A stretch of DNA of 64,000 nt from Candidatus Altimarinota bacterium. Its GTDB lineage: Bacteria; Patescibacteriota; Gracilibacteria; 1-14-2-50-48-13. The translations under genes and the position numbers were made by a program. Positions 57,792 through 64,000 of this stretch are shown here, in pieces. The stretch lies in contig JBKBWQ010000001.1 in assembly GCA_046314355.1 (NCBI GenBank), positions 576,001-640,000 on the forward strand, given 5' to 3'. The number at the start of each line of letters is the position of its first letter. Position 1 is the first letter of the stretch. The notes beneath the pieces are model-generated. The model saw only the letters and a list, made by a program, of their open reading frames with translations. It was not told where the DNA came from and did not search any database.

Positions 57792-58397
57792 TTAATACCC
57801 TACTCTTTGCTGTAATGAATTTCCAAGCGTCACTTCGTCAGCGTAATCAATATCTCCACCCATAGGTATTCCTTTTGCAATCCTCGTTAACTTTATCCCT
57901 GATTCTTCTCCTATGTGCTTTTTGATGTACATAGCCGTTGCCTCACCTTCTAGAGTAGGGTTGGTAGCAAATACAAGTTCATCAATTGGTTCCTTTGAAA
58001 GGCGTGCTAAAAGCTGCTCAATCGTAAGTTTTCCTGGTCCAACTCCATTGATAGGAGAGAGAGAGCCATGCAGAACATGATATACACCGTGATAGGATTT
58101 TGTCTGTTCTATGGCAAATACATCTATAAACTCCTCTACTACACAAAGTATACTATGATCTCTTGAGGAGTCAGCACAGACGGCACAGAGGTCCTCACCC
58201 TTTTCTGTAATATGAAAACATCTGCTGCAGAAGTGTATATCTGTTTTAAGACTTTCGAGCGCAGAGGCAAACTGAAGTACTTCACGCTCTTCAGTTTTCA
58301 GTAAATGCTGTACCATACGTTGTGCGCTTTTTTTACCAATGCCCGGTAGTTTTGCAAATGATTCTATAGCTTTTTCTAAAGCCTGAGGATATTTCAT
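57792..58397 (-). CDS. recR: Recombination mediator RecR
   Basis: 'LPGIGKKSAQR', C4 zinc finger, 'YHVLHG.LSP', 'ATNPTLEGEATA'; start at MKYP (58397). Confidence 0.97.
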   Translation of the reverse strand: MKYPQALEKAIESFAKLPGIGKKSAQRMVQHLLKTEEREVLQFASALESLKTDIHFCSRCFHITEKGEDLCAVCADSSRDHSILCVVEEFIDVFAIEQTKSYHGVYHVLHGSLSPINGVGPGKLTIEQLLARLSKEPIDELVFATNPTLEGEATAMYIKKHIGEESGIKLTRIAKGIPMGGDIDYADEVTLGNSLQQRVGY

Positions 58398-58485
58398 GAC
58401 GCAATTATTCAAATAATAAGGTGTGTGACAAGTATATCTAATACTACTCACTTTATGAGAGAAGAAAATAGTAATTTTTTCCGTA

Positions 58486-59640
58486 CTAGGCAGGAAGGAT
58501 ATGGGTCTGATCAAAGATTTTCTTATCCAGACTAAGAAGCACTATTTCTTTTTCCATGGCTCTGTACATCGTCTCAATACTTGGAGTTGCGGATCCAAGA
58601 ATAAGCAATGTTCCTTCTTGAAGCTGAATATATGCTTCAGCAATTCTTCTTGCGTGGTACCTAGGATTCTGCTCATTTTTATAGGTCCACTCATGCTCCT
58701 CATCAACTATAATCACACCAAGATCAATCAAAGGAGCAAAGATTCCTGAACGTGAGCCAATAATTAGTGTACTTTCTTTCCTTTTTACCCGAAGCCACTC
58801 CTGTTGTTTTTCTCCCATAGATAAGTGAGAATGGAAAATACTTATTTTCTCTCCGAAGGCTTCAGTAAAATAGTGAATAAGCTGTGGAGTCAGTGCAATC
58901 TCAGGAACCAGAAGAAGTGTCTGTTTATCCTCTCTCTGCATCTTTAAAGCAAGCTCCAGATAGATATGAGTTTTACCTGAACCAGTAATACCAAATAAAA
59001 GAAATATATTCCTTTTCGTTTCTTTATAAACAGTATCAACAATCTCCTGCTGCTCTGATGTAAGATGCTTCTTTACAGCTGCTGCCTGATCTTTTGCTTC
59101 ACGAACTGGATCAAGCCTAAGATATGTTCTTTTGATAATCTCTTTTTCTATGGCTTCTTTTAAAAATCTTTCTGGAAATTCCTTCGAAAAATCCTTAGGG
59201 TTTTCTCCTGCTTCTATAACTTCCACTAGTTTTTTAAGCTTTTTAGATCTGGCAGAAATCTCATCTGAAGAAACCAGAGTACTATATTTCCATTGTATAT
59301 TTGGTGTATAGTTATCAATCCATATTTTCTCAGGGATAAAAAGACGCAGCACTCTATGCAGAGGAGACCTATAATACCAGGCAATCCAAAGTACCAGCAT
59401 TCCCTGTCTTGAAGTAAGCAGCGGCGCCTCAGAGTGAGCATGAATCGAAGAAATGTGCTTCAGTGCATGTATCTCTTCCTCATCCATTAGTTGCAGTACT
59501 ATCCCGAGCTTATCTTTATTGCCGACAGGAGCATATACTTGGAATCCAACTTGAAGTGTAGACACCAAATCATCTGGCACTGCATAGGAAAATGCTTCGC
59601 CTATCATCCCTACATCGTAGAAAGCTACACGTGCAACCAT
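58486..59640 (-). CDS. priA: Primosomal protein N' (PriA), N-terminal half only
   Basis: 3'-binding-domain-like N-terminus, 'GITGSGKT', 'LVPEIALTPQ', 'DEEH', 'GSATPS'; stops before the Cys-rich region and helicase lobe 2. Confidence 0.8.
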   Translation of the reverse strand: MVARVAFYDVGMIGEAFSYAVPDDLVSTLQVGFQVYAPVGNKDKLGIVLQLMDEEEIHALKHISSIHAHSEAPLLTSRQGMLVLWIAWYYRSPLHRVLRLFIPEKIWIDNYTPNIQWKYSTLVSSDEISARSKKLKKLVEVIEAGENPKDFSKEFPERFLKEAIEKEIIKRTYLRLDPVREAKDQAAAVKKHLTSEQQEIVDTVYKETKRNIFLLFGITGSGKTHIYLELALKMQREDKQTLLLVPEIALTPQLIHYFTEAFGEKISIFHSHLSMGEKQQEWLRVKRKESTLIIGSRSGIFAPLIDLGVIIVDEEHEWTYKNEQNPRYHARRIAEAYIQLQEGTLLILGSATPSIETMYRAMEKEIVLLSLDKKIFDQTHILPA

Positions 59641-59706
59641 AAAAAAAGAGTCAAGAATGCTTCTTGACTCTAGTGTACTGGAGGCTTAGTTACTTTCCAA
59701 GGGCAC

Positions 59707-61308
59707 TTACATTTTTTTCTCTCCCCAGCCCTTATTTGTTCCGTATAGACTTGGAAAAAGATTTTTAAATGTATCCTCTTTTCCAATTTTAAGCATTCCT
59801 TTAAAGAAGGCTGCGTCAGCTTTTCCTGTCGCTAATCCTGTATAAAGTCCTTTTCTCTTCATGTATTTCTGCAGTTCTTCAATCATCTGAGATTTTTCAG
59901 GAAGACTCTCCGCTCCTGGCATGCTCCAAGTAATCGTCGATGTCTTCATGATTGTATCGAAGCTCCGTGCAGCTTCAGGCGTGATCTTTTCAGTTATTGG
60001 AAGATTGTTTTTAATCTGGAACTGTCTCATGGCTGTTCGAGTCTGAGCATTCCATTTTCCGTTAATAGGTCCTGGATTATAACCCATAGTCATAAGTTTT
60101 GCTTGTACATCTTGGATGAGATCAGCAGATATCGTTGGAGTTTTGAAATCTATTGGATCATTATACTCAGTAGTTCTAGGCTTCTCGGCCTGAATAAAAG
60201 GTACTGTTGAGGTTGTGCTGATTGCGATCAACACTGGTACATTTTTACTTTCAGACTTTGGCGCTGCAACGAGTGATGCAATTTCCATTTGTGATGCAGG
60301 CATATTAGGAATAATTGTATCTGCCTTCACTTCATTTTTTGCAGAAGCAATTTCTACCTTTTGCTTAGATATATCTTTTTGAGCAAGGGTAACCTCTGCC
60401 GCAAGCTCATCAATCTTCACCTTTTTATTCATCAGAATTTCAATAAGCGTTACTCTCGTTTTCAAACCAAAGTATCCTGCTGCTGGATCATCCTCCGAAG
60501 AGACAATCTTTTTACTTACCTGAAATGTAAGAATAGAATTTGCTAATTCATATCCATACACACCATCAATTTTACCTCTATAGTATCCAAGTTTTGAGAA
60601 AGCCGCCTGGATAAGACGCACCTGATTTCCAGATGCTCCTACACCAATATTTGCAGGAAATGAGTTTAACAGTTCATCACGTTCAGCAAGCTCCTGTACC
60701 TGTGCCTGCAAAAGCATCGCTTCTGCTGGATCGAGAGCTGGTTCTTCCTTTTTGACTGAAGAATTTTTGCCATTAATCTGCTCCTGCAGTCCTCCATAAT
60801 TAATAGTATCAAGAGCACTACTATTACTAAGGATCTCTCCATCTACGACACGAACTCCCCATTGAAGTGCTCGCTGAAGACCTTCATCTCCATATCCCAT
60901 CCAGACATCTAAACGGTCATAATTATGCCCATTGTTTCCTGCAGCCACGATGGCACCTCCTCGATCCTCCACGGTTCCAACACCAAGTCCATTTAACTGG
61001 ATTTTCGTTCCAAATGGATATGTCTTAGGGGCTGCAATCATACCTGGATGTACAGCAACACCTGAAGCTCCAAATTCACCTCGTCCATTGAGCCTAATCT
61101 CAGCTTCATAATTACCGCGAAGATAATTTTCCTGACCACGAAGCGGAGAATAGTAAGCGCTTACCTTAAAAGTGTGTTTGCCCACAGAAGCACTTTGTGC
61201 GTATGCCTCTGGCGCTATAGAAAAAGAAGAAAAAATTTCACAAATGAATAGTGGGAGAAGAAATAGTACTACATTACGTTTTGTTTTCTTACTCGACGCG
61301 ACTAACAT
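59707..61308 (-). CDS. 3D-domain (lytic transglycosylase-like) protein with peptidoglycan-binding domains
   Basis: 'SAYYSP', 'IAAPKTYPFGTKI...VEDRGGAI...RLDVWMG'; PG_binding_1-like repeats 'Q..L..LGY..G.IDG'. Confidence 0.85.
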   Translation of the reverse strand: MLVASSKKTKRNVVLFLLPLFICEIFSSFSIAPEAYAQSASVGKHTFKVSAYYSPLRGQENYLRGNYEAEIRLNGRGEFGASGVAVHPGMIAAPKTYPFGTKIQLNGLGVGTVEDRGGAIVAAGNNGHNYDRLDVWMGYGDEGLQRALQWGVRVVDGEILSNSSALDTINYGGLQEQINGKNSSVKKEEPALDPAEAMLLQAQVQELAERDELLNSFPANIGVGASGNQVRLIQAAFSKLGYYRGKIDGVYGYELANSILTFQVSKKIVSSEDDPAAGYFGLKTRVTLIEILMNKKVKIDELAAEVTLAQKDISKQKVEIASAKNEVKADTIIPNMPASQMEIASLVAAPKSESKNVPVLIAISTTSTVPFIQAEKPRTTEYNDPIDFKTPTISADLIQDVQAKLMTMGYNPGPINGKWNAQTRTAMRQFQIKNNLPITEKITPEAARSFDTIMKTSTITWSMPGAESLPEKSQMIEELQKYMKRKGLYTGLATGKADAAFFKGMLKIGKEDTFKNLFPSLYGTNKGWGEKKM

Positions 61309-61411
61309 GTTTTTGTTTGTTATTTGTAAATGACTGTCTAATCATTATATCATGAGGAGGAAGGGCGTGCTATTGACGAGTGTAGAAAAATCATGGTTTA
61401 GTGATACTTAA

Positions 61412-61535
61412 GGGGGAGTAATTGAGTAAGAGAGTAAGAAAGTAATTGGGGCTCGGTAATTGGACTCAATAACTGTGCTCTAATAATTGAGTCCACTTAC
61501 TTACTTACTTACTTACTTACTTCCCTTCCTCCCCC
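61412..61535. repeat. Modular palindromic intergenic array, copy 8, ending in (ACTT)7
   Basis: AATTGGGGCTCGGT-AATTGGACTCAAT...ATTGAGTCC, then ACTT x7 at 61495-61522. Confidence 0.88.
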
Positions 61536-61629
61536 ACTTTTTCACAAAACATTGACTTTTTCTCTCATATCAGTAAGGATATATACCGTTATTCCCAACG
61601 TGCTTAATTTCTCAATATATAGCTCTATT

Positions 61630-61758
61630 ATGTTATCAAAATCTAAGGTTAGACGCCGACATCGAAGACATGGTTTTCTCTCCCGTATGCGTACTCCAGG
61701 AGGTAAGAAGGTACTTGCACGAAGAAGAAGCCGAGGACGAAAGTCACTCTCTGTGTAA
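61630..61758 (+). CDS. rpmH: 50S ribosomal protein L34
   Basis: '[29 protein letters not shown]'. Confidence 0.95.
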   Translation: MLSKSKVRRRHRRHGFLSRMRTPGGKKVLARRRSRGRKSLSV

Positions 61759-61772
61759 AACCCGCACTACTC

Positions 61773-62120
61773 ATGCTCAAAAAACGTGATCGTCTACGGG
61801 CTGAAGAAATAAAAGAAGTACTGACTAGAAAAGCTATACCTGTCAGTACTTCTTTTTTTAACATGCGCGTCCTTAGAAAGAATACTGAAAAACCTTTTGA
61901 TAGTAAGTTTGCTGTGACAGTCACAAAGAAGATGTATAAGAGCGCGGTAGATAGACATCATATGAAACGTCGTGTCATGGAGGCACTTCGGCTCACGAAA
62001 CATATTTTTCCACAAAATCTCTACATTTCTATAATGCCAAAGCCTGACACAGCAGCACTTTCTTTTGAAGAACTCCTTGTTGAAGTAGAAAATATATCAA
62101 AAAGAATTCGAAAGGGATAA
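61773..62120 (+). CDS. rnpA: Ribonuclease P protein component
   Basis: 'MLKKRDRL...FAVTVTKK..KSAVDRH.MKR'; follows rpmH. Confidence 0.92.
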   Translation: MLKKRDRLRAEEIKEVLTRKAIPVSTSFFNMRVLRKNTEKPFDSKFAVTVTKKMYKSAVDRHHMKRRVMEALRLTKHIFPQNLYISIMPKPDTAALSFEELLVEVENISKRIRKG

Positions 62121-62177
62121 AAGATTTCCAACTCAAGAAAAATCTTATATACTCACACTGTTATTTCTCCCAAAATT

Positions 62178-62492
62178 ATGATTTCTCTACTCTACGAAGC
62201 ACGCATCGTTGCCCATCGAATATTTCTAACTGTAGGAGCTCTATATCTTCTTTCAGCGGTATTGCTATTAAGTCCTATCAGCGCAGGGTTTAAAAGTCTT
62301 CTGAGTTTTATACATGTATTTACGTTCTTCCCTACTCTTCTTTTTCTAGGGATAAACGCGACCTTATTCTTTCTCACAATGAAAGATGTAAAAAGTACTG
62401 CTATGACTTCTCTGCCAACAAAAAATATTATTGCTGGAAGTATTGCCGGTGTCATCTCTGCCGTTCTTATTATCTGGCTTCTTCTTTTCTAA
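62178..62492 (+). CDS. Small membrane protein
   Basis: Three hydrophobic segments. Confidence 0.6.
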   Translation: MISLLYEARIVAHRIFLTVGALYLLSAVLLLSPISAGFKSLLSFIHVFTFFPTLLFLGINATLFFLTMKDVKSTAMTSLPTKNIIAGSIAGVISAVLIIWLLLF

Positions 62493-62493
62493 A

Positions 62494-63048
62494 ATGATGA
62501 AAAAAATATTAGCTGCTTTCATGATATGTGTACTGACAAGCTGTGGCACACCCGATGCAACGAGCTCTACAACGAGTTACACAGGACAGAATTATAATAT
62601 CAGTATTCCTACATCATGGGTCGAGATGCCTTCCAATGAAGTAGAAACACGACTCCCGGCAAATAACTTTAAAGTGTTCCGTGCTGGATACACTATAGAT
62701 GGAGTCTACCCAAAGCTTACGATCTTTCAGGAGAATCTACTCACAGCAACTAATAGTGCCACATATGCTAGTGACAATATAACAAAAGCTCCATTGGTAA
62801 CCCAGGAGTATACTAAACTCGACGTCAGAGATGCAACTATCAGCGGACAAGCAACAAAGATCCATATATTTCAGGCTCGACCGTCAGTGGATTCTCCAAT
62901 CCTGACATTTGTACAAGGATACGTCATCCAAGATAGATATACTGGATACACAATCAACATCACCACATCCACCTCTGAGAAAAACTACGATAAATATGCA
63001 GGTCTACTTACAAGTTTCCAGCTCCTAAAAAAAGAAGCGACAAAATAG
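62494..63048 (+). CDS. PsbP/DcrB-like lipoprotein
   Basis: 'LTSC' lipobox, 'ISIPTSW', C-terminal 'LLTSFQL'. Confidence 0.7.
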   Translation: MMKKILAAFMICVLTSCGTPDATSSTTSYTGQNYNISIPTSWVEMPSNEVETRLPANNFKVFRAGYTIDGVYPKLTIFQENLLTATNSATYASDNITKAPLVTQEYTKLDVRDATISGQATKIHIFQARPSVDSPILTFVQGYVIQDRYTGYTINITTSTSEKNYDKYAGLLTSFQLLKKEATK

Positions 63049-63699
63049 TTATCCAACTCTCCTTTCACACGAAGCTGAACCAAGCCATGTATGAGGATTT
63101 CCCTCCCAGCACCAGCCGAGATTTGCTTGCTTTGCACCGTTGATCCAGATAGCAAGCACTCTTTTATCATTTGGAATTCTGGAAGCCAGCAATAGAAAAC
63201 AGTTATTCTTGAGCAGAAATTCAGGATAATACGTAATTAAAGCAATCCCCTCCTCTATTGTCAGTGCAGAACGGTTTTTTTGCGTGATAGATATCATAGC
63301 TTCTTTTGGAACAATATTAAGACTTTCTCTCCCTCTATCAATACCCACTATCAAGTAAGCACTTTTATTTGGTATGGTTATACTAGGGATATGTTGAAAA
63401 TCCTCAGGTTCCTTAGGTCTCATGATATCTATTCCCGGTTTACCGGAATATGTCACAAGATGCATCATCTTTTTTGCTGACATAAGCTCTGAAGATATCA
63501 CAATAGCAAAAGGTAAGTATCCTTTTTCAAAATCCACATCCTGAAGCTGCAGGGTATGTAACTGATGCCTTAATGGTTCAAGAAGACGCAGGAACTCCTC
63601 TATGCTAAGTCCGGTGTGTTCAGGATAATGTTTTCCAATAAGGATTTCAGTCTGATACTCAAATATTGCCATTAACCTATCCTGTGAAAGAAAAGACAT
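63049..63699 (-). CDS. DUF5701-like hypothetical protein
   Basis: 'RSALTIEEGIAL...LASR...LGWCWEGNPHTWLGSASC'; family recalled from memory. Confidence 0.6.
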   Translation of the reverse strand: MSFLSQDRLMAIFEYQTEILIGKHYPEHTGLSIEEFLRLLEPLRHQLHTLQLQDVDFEKGYLPFAIVISSELMSAKKMMHLVTYSGKPGIDIMRPKEPEDFQHIPSITIPNKSAYLIVGIDRGRESLNIVPKEAMISITQKNRSALTIEEGIALITYYPEFLLKNNCFLLLASRIPNDKRVLAIWINGAKQANLGWCWEGNPHTWLGSASCERRVG

Positions 63700-63883
63700 A
63701 GAAGATGTAGAATTTAAAAATATCTGATTCAACAGATTAAATATATAAAAAGTATAGTGTTCTCTGTGTAAATGCAAGAATAAGGTGCTTCCTTCGCCTT
63801 GCAATATACAAATATTTCCCTAGTATAAGGAAGACGTATTTATACATCAGTCAGATTTTGATTTTCTCCTCACTCATTACATA

Positions 63884-64000
63884 ATGTTCAAAAAAGATTT
63901 TCTCATTACCTTCGTATTCGCGTTCGGACTAGCGCTTCTTATTAACTATTTTCTCTTCCCTGCAAAACCAGCAGCACCAGTAGTGACCGTATCAAGTGGT
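63884..64000 (+). CDS. Probable membrane protein insertase YidC, 5' part
   Basis: MFKKDFLITFVFAFGLALLINYFLFPAKP... has an N-terminal TM; the position downstream of rpmH-rnpA suggests yidC. Confidence 0.45.
   Translation, partial: MFKKDFLITFVFAFGLALLINYFLFPAKPAAPVVTVSSG

Noticed and set aside
58398-58514. Programmed frameshift fusing priA to recR
   Set aside because: The upstream extension of the recR frame has no PriA-like content, and recR has its own normal ATG at 58397.
1101-61535. CRISPR array interpretation of the intergenic repeats
   Set aside because: The units are 7-15 nt, degenerate and inverted, with no unique 25-45-nt spacers and no cas genes in the window.
61309-61629. oriC upstream of rpmH
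   Set aside because: No dnaA gene and no cluster of TTATCCACA-like boxes was seen.
1-64000. Alternative genetic code 25 (UGA=Gly), as in Gracilibacteria
   Set aside because: Long conserved genes (prfA, gltX, ftsK, metG, ychF) are uninterrupted in the standard-stop ORF track, and TGA ends genes at plausible positions (13119, 29388, 47264).

Overview
This is a 64-kb segment of a low-GC (visually about 35-38%) bacterial chromosome read in genetic code 11. The gene content points to Patescibacteria/CPR, most like the Peregrinibacteria-Abawacabacteria-Gracilibacteria group (inference). The supporting genes are DUF4012, a PrgI/TraC-like pair, an orphan FtsA-like gene, a Cys-containing SLH protein, cohesin/dockerin surface proteins, type IV pilus genes and FemAB. 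Most of the window is housekeeping: prfA, rplS, rnc-nusB-rpmF, rplJL, rplU, secE-nusG-rplK-rplA, thyA-folA, gltX, ftsK, truB, secD, rnhA, ychF, metG, recR, a truncated priA, rpmH-rnpA, a probable yidC start and three tRNAs. No transposase, integrase, cas gene or CRISPR array was seen. The main unexplained structures are five. (1) A family of at least 8 clear and several degenerate intergenic arrays built from 7- and 13-15-nt modules in inverted orientation, usually around ATTGAGCTCAAT. (2) Two 450-550-nt hairpin-rich, terminator-bounded units (about 1203-1752 and 28841-29310) with no long sense-strand ORF; they share a near-identical promoter module, boxA-like motifs and a 13-nt mutual complementarity. 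(3) A SecD carrying nested or permuted parvulin PPIase domains. (4) A dockerin-cohesin-FN3 surface operon with a shared 'GPE' C-terminal sorting-like motif. (5) A CarF/TMEM189-type lipid desaturase and a cardiolipin-synthase-like PLD in a lineage thought unable to make fatty acids. All family calls were made by eye from motifs; no database searches were run.
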